DNA from: Chrysomallon squamiferum
Lineage: Eukaryota > Animalia > Mollusca
Direction: 5' to 3'
Length of the DNA: 64,000 nucleotides
Assembly (NCBI GenBank): GCA_012295275.1
Contig: CM022670.1
Coordinates: forward strand, 13,640,001 to 13,704,000
The notes beneath the pieces are model-generated. The model was given only the letters and a program-made list of their open reading frames with translations. It was not told the origin of the DNA and made no database searches. This document shows, piece after piece, positions 14,478 to 28,661 of the stretch (positions are counted from its first letter, which is position 1; every line of letters starts with the position of its first letter). The translations under genes were made by a program, and so were the position numbers.

Positions 14478-17060
14478 AACACAGACATATATATAGGTAT
14501 TTGTTAGTTTTGTTATAAATTAACAACATGTTTTACAGGAATCTGGATAGTCTGCGTGTGCAGGGACAGCAGTACTACAGCAACCTGTCGTGGAGATTAC
14601 AGTGCTTGAAACGCATCATCGCCAGTCCACACAGGCTGCATTTCTTGGCTGTCAACACAAACACAGGACAGGTAATGTCACCTTGTCAGTTATGCTCTCA
14701 AAAAGATATCAGAAATGTCAGAAAGGATTAATATTTTATACTAAATACAAAAAAGAAATTTTTATAAAAACATATAAAGAGAGGTACATAGTCTCTTCTG
14801 GCTTTTTTTTGATAAAGTTTAATTAATTTCTAAACATTCAGTTTAAATGATAGTTCAACAATTAAATATAACAAAATAAATGACATCCATGTTGGCAGTT
14901 TTTGAACTCTGTTTACATTATACTGATAATGGAATATGTTTTGCTTCATCTATGCATTATAAATTAATTTTAAAATTAATTTTTAAAAATGTTAATACTT
15001 CTTAATTAAAAATATTATCAGTCATGTTTGTTTTGTTTTTTTGCATTATTCCTCTTTTAATATTTAAATTAATTTAAAAGTTTTAATATTTGTTAATTAA
15101 AAATATTATCAGTTATGATTTATTAACATTATTCCTGTTATAATATTTAAATTATTTAAAAAATTTTAATATTTCTTAATTAAAATTATTATCAGTTATA
15201 TTGTTTTTTCATTTTAATATTTTTCTCAGTATGTTATTACAAAGAAATTAACTGAAATTTAATTATTCTTAAATTCATACTTGCCAGGGATATGATGATT
15301 TAGTGAGCACTATTGTGTTGAATCAGAAAACTGATCAGATGTCGTATCCAAAGTTCTATAAACTGGACAATACTGTTAAAGAAAAACTTGAGAAAATTGT
15401 TTCTGTTGTTCAAACACACGGAGTAATTCCCATCTCTGAGTTGGATGAGACGACAGGTGGAATCTTTGGTGAATCGTGTCACCTGTACAGCAGAGCAGTC
15501 AAGTTTTTACACAAAAAGGTATTTTTATTTTTTTTTTTTTTTTTTTTTTTTAAATAATATTTGATTTAGTTATAGAACTGTTATGTTCAGAGATGTAAAA
15601 TTTTATGAGGAGTGAAAAAGATAGTTTTATTTCATGTAAAATAATTTTATTATGTTCATTAAGTTCAAATTACTGTAGTGAACAATTGGTTTAAATAAAA
15701 GAAATCAGTATCTAGTGAAAACAATGGAGAACATTTGCTGGAAAACATACAGATGAACATCTCATACAAAAACAAAACCGGAAATTCAGGATATTAAAAA
15801 AACAAATATGTAGCAGTTACTAGTTTCTGGTTTCGATGATAAAAAGAAAATGGCTAAAGTGTTATTCTGTTTGCGTGTTGAAGGGTCAGCTTGTCTACCT
15901 GCCATCCAGGATTTCTCATCTAGCTCTGGACATGGAGTTTGTGAAGAAAAGACTGCAAATTGGAGTTGGAACTGAACCTAATGAACAGGTTGGCAAGAGA
16001 GTTCCTTGTGTAGGGGAGACAACTCGAATCTGGACTAAGGACATTATTTCTGAGCTCCTGAAAGAAAAGGTTTGTTAAAGAAATTGTGTTACTTTTTATT
16101 TATTTTAATCTTATCTTAATTAAATACATTAAAAAAAAAAAAAAAAAAAAATTTTAATATGAAAACCTGAAATCTTGTTGCTTATTTGGAATATATCCAT
16201 CATTACTCAAAAGGCTGTTTCATGTTTACAGGGTAAAAATATGCACACTGTGTTGGTTTATCTTGGAATTATGCGTTTGCCGTGTATCAGAACAAAACCT
16301 GAGGATCCTGTTTGTCTGTTTACCACACTGGATAAACTGCAGCCAACTGAAGCTAAACTGGTAAAATTTGTTTTATTTAATAACTTTTATTTATTAACAA
16401 GTAGTTTGTCTGTTTGTCTCTCTCTTCTCTCCCCATTATTAATTTATTTTTCTTTGCAAATCCTTTCTAATCATTTTAATATGCACCAGGATGAAAATTT
16501 TGCAATTTAAATTTAATTAATTTCTGAACAATTGTAAAGGAAGCCTTAAGTTTTGTAACTTAATACTTTAAATAAAGTACAAAACAAATTAAAATTAAAG
16601 TTCAAGTGGAAACAATTGTTTATTATATTTTATTGTTATTATTTCTAAACCATCATATCTATGATCAATCAAACAACATAATGAATAAATGATTATTTCT
16701 GAAGTATTTAAATTATTTCTCAGAGTGATTTCTGGGCTAATGGCAAAGAGCTGGAAAACACTGTAGTGATGTCACGCTGCTACAAGTTTGCAAATGGATT
16801 GCCACCGAGTCTGCTGTCTGCCACGATGACGTTGTGCTCTAACTTCTCACGACCAGTCTTGCTGTGTTCCAATGGAGGCGTGTTCCAGTCAGGGGCTGTG
16901 CAGACTGTCATCATTCAACACAATATTCAAAAAGGTGGGTTCTTTTTTTAATTTTAATTTTTACATTTCAGAGATTAGAGCATATTTTTTTGTTTTAAAT
17001 ATCCTTTTTTTTTTCTTTCCTAATAATAAAATAGTATCATTCATATTTCACATCTTTCTG

Positions 17061-17096
<36 letters not shown>

Positions 17097-19971
17097 TTTA
17101 TCCATTCTTATTTATTTATTTATTTGATTTAATCTTTTTACAGTCCAAAACTGTATGGACAGAAATCTTTTAAATGATAGTCAACAGAACATTTTGGTTA
17201 TTTTATAAGGTGAAGCAGTGACAATTGAATCAAAATGTTTTTGTCCCGAGAATGACAATGAAACAATTGACGAAGACACGAAATTCCATATTGAGGAGTA
17301 CACATGGCAGGCATACTGCATTTTCTGTGACATCATAGATTTCTACATCGCCAACCAGGGCCTTGTTACCATCATTGAGGAAAATGAACCACAGTGTTTT
17401 GGTCAGTATTAAATTTTTTGGTAAGAGTTGTCTTATATTATTAGATCAAACATCTCTGAACTCTAGTCCACTGTTTTGATGATAATTTTATTTTTGCCAC
17501 CTATCTTATGCAGAGAACAGTGTGCACTGAAGTAGTAATAAACCGTTTTAAGCAACAATTTTAAATCTGGATGATCTATAATTTAGTTAAATATATAATT
17601 GTTTTTCTCTCTAATTCCAAAGAGTATTAAATATCATAAATAATTGGAATATGTGTTATTGTGAGATGTATATAATGCATGTTCTATAAACCAATCACAT
17701 ATGCATCACATTATAATTTTACCAAGAATATATTTGATCTGTTAAGTCTTAAACATTAGTCTCCTAGTCCTTTTTCACAAACATATGGTTTCCATAGACT
17801 TAATCACTACCTACCATTAATATAATTACAACATGACAATTTACATTATTAATTTTTTTTAAACCTTTAAATTGTATTTTTTAAGTTGTATATTTATGTT
17901 TTCTATTTTATTCTTTCCTCTTTCTCTTTTTCTTTCTGCTATGTACTAAAATTTATCACAACAGTTTGAAATATATTCTGGTTTCAGTGAACACCTCAAT
18001 TGGTTGTTCCCACGACTGGACTTTGTCTGATCTCGAGCATCCTCAGACTGTGTGCACCATGTGTAACTTGTGCTGTGACAGCGGAATTGACTGCAAATGG
18101 AGTGGAATTATGGGACAGTATCTCCGTGAGTGTTGCTGCGGAACAAAAGTAAACGGATGTAGGCAATGCGGGATATGCAAAAGATGTGCTGATGAATTAT
18201 GGGTAAGCATCATTTAAAAAAAATATATATATCTTGTAGGGCATTCAGTGAAAGGGTGTTATTTTAATGCATATGGACAGAATAATGTACACTGAATGAA
18301 TTATCATCATAATTATTATTTTTGAAATCTGTGTGAAAAGTTCTAGATAAAATAGTAAAAAAACAACTTTGAAGTTCTTTAAAAGAGAAAATTGAAAAAA
18401 AAAAAATCTTAATGCCTGCTCAGACTGTCATAAAATTCACATTTTAACCATTTACATGTGAATGTTTTATTTTGTTTGAAAAGCAAATTCGATCATTTCT
18501 TCGACCCTGTATTGAAGTATCTCAGCCTTCTAAAACTGGCAAACACAGTGCAATTCCTATCAATGGTGTCACATCCAATGAAGTGGAGTGCATCAATCTG
18601 GACATATCAAGTATGCCTGTCTGTCTACAGAAGTAAGTAAAACTTGTTTAAAATCACATTTCATCTATCACGCATTATTGTCACCCATTAATTGTATGGT
18701 TCATTACTTTCACACCTGTTAATTGTTTGTTTTATTACTGTCAGACTGTTGTATTGTTTAACTTATTACTGTCGTTCATTAACTGTGTTGTTTATCATTG
18801 CCAGTCTCTTTAATTATACAATTTATTAACATCAGAGTATATTACATTACTGTCAGAATCTTTAACTGTTTTCTTTACGACTGTCAGACTTGATAATTGT
18901 TCAGTTTATTACTGTCAGACTCTTTAATGTTTTGTTTATTACTGTCAGATTGTTTAATTGTGTGGCTTATTATTATTATTAGATAGTAATTTTTACTGGC
19001 AGTCTTTCATTAAACTAACAATTCCTTTCAGACAAAATGACTCTTCTGGAGCAGTAATTCAAGTGTTTCCTGGGGCTGCAGTGGAGATTCCATCAGTGAC
19101 AGAAATAGAAGAATATAACAAGAAAAGAAGGTCTGTTAAATCCAAGCTGAGGTTCGATCAGGGAGACATCATCAAAATCAAACTCACTGAGATTCCAGTA
19201 AGATTATTTCACACAAATTTCAATTTAAATTCAATATCTTTTCAGTACATTTGATTACAGTGGAAATTTCACATAGTTTTTAAAGATCTCACATAGCATA
19301 ATAATTAACCAAGTTTTGTATATAAACTTTCAATTTTTTTTATTTTATAAACTATCTGTTATTATTAACTTATTTGATTCCAAAACAAAATCTTTGAGTT
19401 TCTATTTGATCATAATAGAAATTACATTAAGATAACACCGATTCCAAGTATTATTCCCATTTAAGATTAATAATTTTTATATAACAAATTGCTAGATATT
19501 TATTTCCCCATAATTATTACATCTACATGAAAACTCAGCTAATACTGAGACTTTGTTTTCTTTTTTAATAAACAAAATATTTTATAATCACAATTCCATT
19601 TGCAATCTATATTTAATATACTTTTGTTTTTCTATTGTCGTTATAATTTTATTTACAATCAAATCATTACTGCTGCAGCTATTATTACTATTAATTTTTG
19701 TATTGTTATTATTTATTAAAACAGCATTAATTTATTATTATTACTATTACTACTACTGCTAGTGCTGCTGCTGTTACTACTACTACTACTACTACTATTA
19801 CTATTATTATTACTGATTTTAATTTTGTTATTATTACTGAGTTATATTAATATTCCTACTACCACAACTATTATTATTACTGCTACAACTACTACTACTA
19901 CTCCCTGTACCACTGCTACTACTACTACCACCATTACTACTGACTTATTACAATGTTATTATTATTACTAG

Positions 19972-20018
<47 letters not shown>

Positions 20019-20275
20019 AGAGAACCGAGCAGGTGGTTGCAGATGTTGATGAAGAAGATGAGGTAGTGGAGATAAAACCTGTGTATCACACAATATTTTG
20101 CCGTGAAACAAGAATCTGGCATGACACAGGAATCCTGTGTTACGATTCAGCTTCACCATCCATTCCTGTCGGGCAATTTTGTGCAGCACAACCTTTGACC
20201 CCAGAGTGTAACAAGTTCTCAATTGGTAAAAATACTACATATACATACATATATAGATATATATATATATATATC

Positions 20276-20312
<37 letters not shown>

Positions 20313-23300
20313 GTATAGAGATATATATATTTATTTTAAAAAACAAACATTTAACTTGTATTTAAATTAAAAAAATAATAATAATTTTTTTTATAAAAGT
20401 TGTATGAACTGTTAAAGTTTTTGGTTTTATTTTTAATATACATTTCAATGGACATTTTTTTAGTTACATGTAATGAACAAGGAGGAAATTATTATTTCTT
20501 TCACAGTATTAAATATTTTAATATTTTTGTGGTTTTTACTTTTTATAAACATTGATATGTTTGATTATTTTTGTTTATTTTTTTCTTCTTTTTTTTAAAC
20601 ATTGATATGTTTGATTGATTTTTTTTTTTGATTTTTTTTTTAAATTATGATTATGATGTATTGGTAAATGTGAATTTTAAAACAACATTCAGTATAATGG
20701 TAAACATCTCTTTCACTGTTCATATGAAATATTAGAAAATGTGCATTTTCAAAAATAATTGTAACTATTTATTATTATTATTTACATATTTTATATATTA
20801 AAATATTGAAAAAAGAAGAATGATTTATGATGTATTAATAAATATCTTTATGTTGTCAAATAAAATTTTTGGGGGAATAAATCTGAAAATATTCGGTTAC
20901 TTCCTTACAATTTCATTCCATAATCAACTTACTAAATATTTTACTTACTTCAGAAATCATAGAACCAGGAGAACTGAGAACCATTTCTATTGGCTTGTGT
21001 CACAAACGTTACCTTGCCAACCAGCAGCCTGGCTGGGCATCTTCATCCATTGGTTTCCATGCAGATGATGGAGGGTAACTAAAAGTTTTTTTTGAAATAT
21101 GTTTTGTTAAGATATTAATGACAAATACTTATAAGTTTATTCAATTTAGAAAGAGAACAATAGTTATATTTATTATCTTGTCTACCAAGAATGATCCAAA
21201 CAGTATAAAACTGTAGAATAATGCTTTACATAAGTATGCAAAGGATATGCAAGGCTATGCACACACACTAACACACACATGCACAGATAAACACATAAAT
21301 GCCCCAAAACAACATGATGCATACATGCAATAACACATATATTTGTTTACCAGTACATAATAATATGAAAATATAAATGTGTTTACAGTAAATTCACCTG
21401 ATTTGAAATTCACCATTCTGTTTTAAAATGTTCTAGTAACAAGAGATATCTATGTGTCTTAACTAATTTTTCTTGTATTATTTAAAAGTATTTTTGTTGC
21501 CTCTGGTTGGCCACTTCACAAAGTTGGAGAAGTTTTTACTGGTGACAAGATGACGTGTCAGTTGGATGTGGACAGAAGTAAAGTTATATTTTACCACAAT
21601 GACAAACAGGTACATCTTCATTAAAGTGTTCTTGAATATTATCTGTTATTAAATTGTTTTATTTGAGAACAGAAGTAAAGTTATATTTTATCACAATGAC
21701 AAACAAGTACATCTTCATTAAAATGTTCTTGAATATTATCTGTTATTAAATTATTTTATTTGAGGACAGAAGTAAGGTTATATTTTATCACAATGACAAA
21801 CAGGTACATCTTCATCAAAATGTTCTTGAGTATTATCTGTTTATCCCTTTTTTTTGGAGGACAGAAGTAAAGTTATGTTTTATCACAATGACAAACAGGT
21901 ACATCTTCATTAAAATGTTCTTGAGTATTATCTGTTATTAAATTATCATTTATGTTGGGTTTTAAAAAAAAAAAAAAATATTATTTATTCGAACAATTAA
22001 ATTTGACAATGCAATTTTATTTTTTAAAAATACAAAACAATTACAGGTATATGAGAGTAACAAGTTACGTATGACTGCAATGTATCCAATTGTTGGTCTG
22101 CACTCTGAAGGCGAAGTTGTACGTTTGCTGGACAAAGAACCATGGCTGCCTCCCCAAAAAGGAGATGTGAGATACTTATTTTTAATCATTCCAGTTTATA
22201 TTTTGAATAAAATCAAGGCATGAACATTTACAAATTTAACCTCCAGTCTTTGTAAATTATTCGTGAAGCAATGGTTGGAATAGGAAAATAACTATCTTAG
22301 ATGTATAATTGTTTTTAAATGTTTTTGCACAAAGCAGAAAAGAACATGTTTAAAATCAGTGAAGAACAAAGCATTAGTCAATTGGATCATGTTTGTATTT
22401 CATTTGGAATAATATTTCTCACTAATAAAAGGAAATCTAATAAAGGTTGTGGCTATTTCTTTCTCACACACATTTGTTTTGTTGTGCTTTTTTTAGTGAA
22501 CAGTGCTGTCTTTTTTTTCCAGTTACCACCATTACCTGCTGCATTTGACTGTAAGAAATATGGAAACTTATGGATCAGGTAGGTAGAGTGATATGATTTA
22601 ATTCCGATTCTTGTAAAATTATTTCATTTAATAACTTTTTTTTATGATTTCAAGTATTATGATAAAAATATTTTATGAGTTTGATGTTAAAAGAAAATAA
22701 CAACAACAACAAAAAACACTCCCTATTTGTTTTTAATATATCATAGTTTTCAATATTACATTGAACATGTAATAATTTCCTAAGACATAACTTATATTAT
22801 ATTTATGAAATCAAATAACAAACAATGACCTTTGGTACAAAATAGTAAAGGATCTTGCATGTCAGATGAACAAAATAATTAAAAATAAATTCACTTTTAA
22901 ATGGTTATTATTTTAATCTATTCACTTTTTAAATGATTATAATTTTATTTATTTATTTATTTATTTATTATGATTAAGAAAATGTCTGTTATTACCATGT
23001 CGCTTTTTTGGGGGGGTTTTGTTGGGGTTTTTTTCTTTTATTATTATTAATTTTTTTTAATGTTTTTTTTCCAAACTTTTATTATTAATTTTTTCAAAAT
23101 ATAAAATTTTAAAATTTACAGTCCAGGCCACACTTTACACCTGTTGAGCAGAGCTGCACTTCATGGCTGGCTTTTACTTCACAATCCAAGTAAAGACCTC
23201 ATTGGATTCATGGTGTGTGTGACCATCAGCTTAATTTTCTCTTCTTTTTTTAATTTGCCATGATTATATTTCAGCCTCACTCTCCCTAACTCTTTAATGT

Positions 23301-26300
23301 TACTGTTTTACTACTTACTTATCAAAGTGTCTTTTTTTTCTGTCAGTCTGTCTTTCTCAATCTCTGTCTTTTTAATAATTATATACATTCTAATGTTTGA
23401 TATCTCTGAAGATTTTAAAGCTGTAATACAAAATGGGTGACTCATGGTTACTGGTAAATATCTCTAAATAAGATTTAAAAGCATATTAAATTGTTACGGT
23501 TTATTTTTATTATTATTATTATTTTTATTATCATTGTCATCATCATCATCATCATTATTATTTAAACTTAAAGTACAGGTGCATTAGGTTTAACTCGCAC
23601 ATAATAATGTAATCATTTCTGATACACATTCGTAGATGTTAAAATATCATTAGCAAACCATTTATTAATTTATTTATTCATTCATTTGTACAGATAACTG
23701 CAAACAGTGGAAAGACAGCATTAGAAAGCTGGAGCTACACAGGGTATCTGGAACCACACAAATCTCGGTGTATTCGTTTAAAACACAAAGAAACACGTGA
23801 GTGGGGTTTTATATTTATTTTTCTGTGTTGAGTAACTAAGCTTTTGAGGCTGTTCAAGCCTCTGGATCATAATTTATTAGGACAGGTACCGATAAAAGGT
23901 ACCTTCATGAAAGAATGTTGCAGCAATATAAAGCATAATTTTAAAATCATTCTTAAGAGCTATTAATACATGCTTTATTTTCTGCCTGGTTTATGGATTA
24001 AAACTTCTATGGAAAATATTAATGAGGTTGTATTTGAAAACTTATATCAGAAATATATCAAAATGTCAGTTTAAAATAAATGGACCAGTGTGTTTTAATA
24101 GGGAATTATGATAATAACACTGGAAGTGCCTCGTGTCTTTGCAGCAAGCACTTTAAATATTTTGTGGTTTAACTTGGAGTTTGGAAAAAAGTATACAGAA
24201 GAAGAAATCCAGATATTTCGTTCTCATCTCAACTCAGAAAGATTACATTCCCACAGGTAAATGTTATTTTGTTCTTACCTGTTATTTAAATCATTTCATT
24301 CCATGACTTAATTTATTTCATTAAACATATTGGTTTCCTTTGCTTATGTTGTTTTTAATTGCCTCACTTTCTGTTAGTCTTTTGTTTTGTTTGGGGTTTT
24401 TTAGCTGAAAGTTTAATAACTGGAATTTTAGTTTTTGTGATAAATTTAAGATAGTTAATTTATCATTTTCTCATTTTCAACACATTATTCGAATATTTTT
24501 TATTTTTTAATTATATGTATTATATGTATGTCCTAAGAATAGGAATTATTGTCAAAACTGCACAGTACCACAAAGGGTTGGCTTAATGCGACAAAATGAA
24601 ATGATACTAAAATATAATAATTAGTAAAAAAATAAGAAGAACAATACCACTGATGATAATGATAATAACAAGTAGTTACTAAACTAAGATTTAATAGCAT
24701 ATTAAAGTTCAGTTATAATATGTTGTGAACAGAAAGTTATATACATTTCAGTTTGCAGATAAACATTATCTTTGAACTGTTTCTGTTAATAATAATAATA
24801 ATAATAATAACAAAAATAAAAACAAAAATGAAAAACAACAATAATAATGATGATGATGATGTTAATAATGATAATAATGATAAAAATAAGACTGAATAAA
24901 CATGCACATTTCAGTTTGAAGGTAACAATTACAGCAGAACAGCTGCAGAGTGCCACACCCCTTCGCATTGTTGTTGACGGTGATAAACCAGATGATAAGG
25001 TTTGTATGTGGAATTTTAAAAAATTTCTTAAACTTTCTTATCTTTAGATATACAAATAGTTTCCATAAAATCATTGAGAATGATTACACTTTTTATAGTT
25101 ATTTTTGGCAATTTTCTTTTTTCAACTGAATGATAAATTTTTGTTTTTCTCCAGTATTCAAGAAGTAAATAAATGGTAAAAATAAATAAATAAATAATTT
25201 TAAAAAAAAGAAGAAAAAAAAGAATCTGAAATAGGTGCTAAAATGCTTATCTTTTACTGGCAGTTTTTAATTTCTAAATTCAATAATTTTGTTACAAGTC
25301 ATCATAAAACAATGAGACCTGTATTATTTAAATAATTATATAACTATTATTATTTTTTTTTATATATAGATGTTTTGTATCAAATTTTAATAAGAAATCA
25401 GATATGATATTACACAAATAAAACTGATGCATGGATAAATGTTTAATGTCATTCCAGTTCATGTTTATATCAATGTATATCATGGATTTATTGTTGAAAT
25501 CATTTTGCACTTTCAGGATTTTTACATACTGGAAATTCTCAAGAATGGTGGTTGTGTTGAGAAATACTGGCTGGGTGGTGGAGCCTATCACTGCCTGATA
25601 CCTGATACCTTGTCAGAGGATCCATCAAAAGATATCTATCTGAGATATCCAAAATCACCTGTAAGTTATAAGAGATATCTATCCAAAATCACCTGTAAGT
25701 TATAAAACCATATTTATATACATATTTGTATAGTAAGTGAAAACAGATATTTATGATAATAATAATGATGCAGTTTTACTTTTGCCTTCAGTGTGTATGA
25801 CAGATGCTTATACATGTCAGTATGAGGATTTTGTATGTGTGTTTTTCTCTCTGTGTCTGTAGAAGAATGAATGGATGTAATAACAACAAACTGTAATAAC
25901 TGAAAGGTCTTTTCAAGAAGTATTTTTTGTTAATGTCTTGCAGACGTTTGATCAACCCAACATGTTTCAGAAAGGAATGCGGATGGTTGCACAACTATAT
26001 GAGTGAGTATTACCATACAATAAACAAGTCAGCTTATGTTATTACCATACAATAAACAAGTCAACTTATGTTATTACCGTACAATAAACAAGTCAGCTTA
26101 TGTTATTACCGTACAATAAACAAGCCAGCTTATGTTATTACCGTACAATAAACAAGTCAGCTTGTTATTACTGTACAATAAACAAGTCAGCTTATGTTAT
26201 TACCGCACAATAAACAAGTCAGCTTATGTTATTACCGTACAATAAACAAGTCAACTTATGTTATTACCGTACAATAAACAAGTCAGCTTATGTTATTACC

Positions 26301-26441
26301 GTATAATAAACAAGTCAGCTTATGTTATTATCGTACAATAAACAAGCCAGCTTATGTTATTACCATACAATAAACAAGCCAGCTTATGTTATTACCGTAT
26401 AATATATATATATATATATATATACTTAAATGTATATGTGT

Positions 26442-26494
<53 letters not shown>

Positions 26495-28612
26495 TAATTA
26501 TCTTAATATATCTTTTGTTTTGCTAGGAATGTCTATGCAGAGTGTATGATTGTGTCTGTATCTGAAGACAACCAGACACTGGCACTTGAATACTCACCAA
26601 AGGATTGTGACGAAAATGATGTCATGCAGGTCAGAACAGATTCAGAAGTCATCCAGTTAAAAGAGGTTCCCTTGGAAGCCTTAGAAGATGTCAAAGAGAA
26701 AATGGGACAGCTGAAATCACAGGTTAGTAGTTGTGCAGATGATACATATTTTATTTGTACTATAGTGGCTGTTGCAGACAATCAGTTAATGATGATTATG
26801 TGTTGCAACTGCCATAATTTATTTAAAAGTATTTTTGATAACACAGAAACACAATAATCATTTTTTAAAAATATTTGATAAAAATATGGTTTAATCTTTG
26901 ATTCAGATAAAAAAAAGCCTACACACACACACTCACACACATACATATACACAAACTCATACACATACACACCATTCACACCATTCACACACTACAAAAA
27001 AAATATTAAAAATAAATCGATACAGTGTCATTAAATAAATGTTAATGTGTGTATACATATATATATATTGAAATAACTGGAAATTAAATGTAAGTATTAA
27101 AATATATTTACACTGATTATTACTACTGTTGTATTGACAATCACTTCAGAGTAAGAAAGAAGACAAGAAGAGTGGGAAAATTGTTAAAGATGAACGTGGG
27201 GATGATGTGGAAGAACCAAAGGAAGAGAAAGCAGAAGATACAGTAGACAGTGCACCTCCAGAGGAAGGGGCAGAAGAGGATGGAGAGAAGGCAGGAGGAT
27301 CTAGCTTCACAAGCTGGGGTAAAGAAAGCAGACATGACAGGAAGAGAAAGGCAAAGGAAGTTGAAGAGAAAAGAAAAATGAAAGCTGACATTGAAGTGCT
27401 TGGTTATGAAACACGAGGTATGAGAAAGTGTAGATATTTTTTTGTCAGTGAAATTGGTGACCATAAATATTTAAACTGATTTTTTGAGTTTCAAAATATT
27501 GTGTAAATCATTGATCATTTATTTCTGAGTTATGATGATCTGCTGAATCAAACTGTCTGGTTTGAAAACACAGTTCTGAAATCTCCAGTCCTCTTATTAA
27601 TGTTTTATTATGCATGTTCAAGTTTGGGTGGTAATACATTTTTTTCTGATAGAGATTACAATTAAAAGCATGTGTTACTTCTTATTTATAATGACAATTC
27701 ATGTAGCTTCAGCAGTGGATGTCCTGTCTCATATCATTATATAAAAACTATATGTTTGACACATTAAAAATGAAACTATTGATGTATCATTAAAAATTTA
27801 ACTCTTTTGGTAAAAAGTCCTTTCTAATAACTGGTGATTTTTAGGAAATATTATGCCATTAATCAACTTTTTTTTTTAATGGAGTATGGTTCTAAAAGCA
27901 TTTTATAATTTATTTTAGGATCCTTGATTTAAACTGAAACAAACCTGATTTTAAATACTCATCAGTTGTAAAAATACTAATAAATTGATGTTAGTATGAA
28001 TTGAAAACATGGCTGATAATTTATTTCTTTTTTCACAGGTAATATTTCTGCAGAAAAGAGAGCATACCTCTTTCCACCACTACACCTACTTACTGAGGTA
28101 TTCATTACAATTTGAATTTGTTGTCTGTAGTAGAATCTAACACAACTAATCTGTACTCACTGTATATAAATACAAGACTCATTCTACCTCATATCTCTAC
28201 CATTGATGTGTATGTGTGTGTGCTATAACATATTATACACTTTCTCCACTAATTTTAGGCTAAATTCTGAACCTGAATGTGTCACAAAAATCTAATTTAT
28301 TTAATTACTATATTTTCACATTAGTCTGCTCAATTTGCCATCATTGCTCTGGATCCTAACTGGAAGGAAAATTCCCTGATTTCACAGGCCAAGTGTCAGA
28401 GCATACCGACCAGGGTCACAGGTACAAATCAGTTTTTTACTTGTTAATCAGCATTCTCACTACTGAACTGGTAATAACAGATTTTAGCATTTAGTATGTG
28501 GTGTTTAGAAAGTTCAAAACAAACCAGTTTTGTACATTTATAAATGAAACAAACATGTAATAGCCACTAGTAATTAATAAATTGTTAAGACTATTCATTT
28601 TAATATTTATTT

Positions 28613-28661
<49 letters not shown>

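Noticed and set aside
26008-26400. 32-bp repeats resembling a CRISPR array
   Set aside because: Head-to-tail units without unique spacers, in a eukaryotic intron, with no cas genes.
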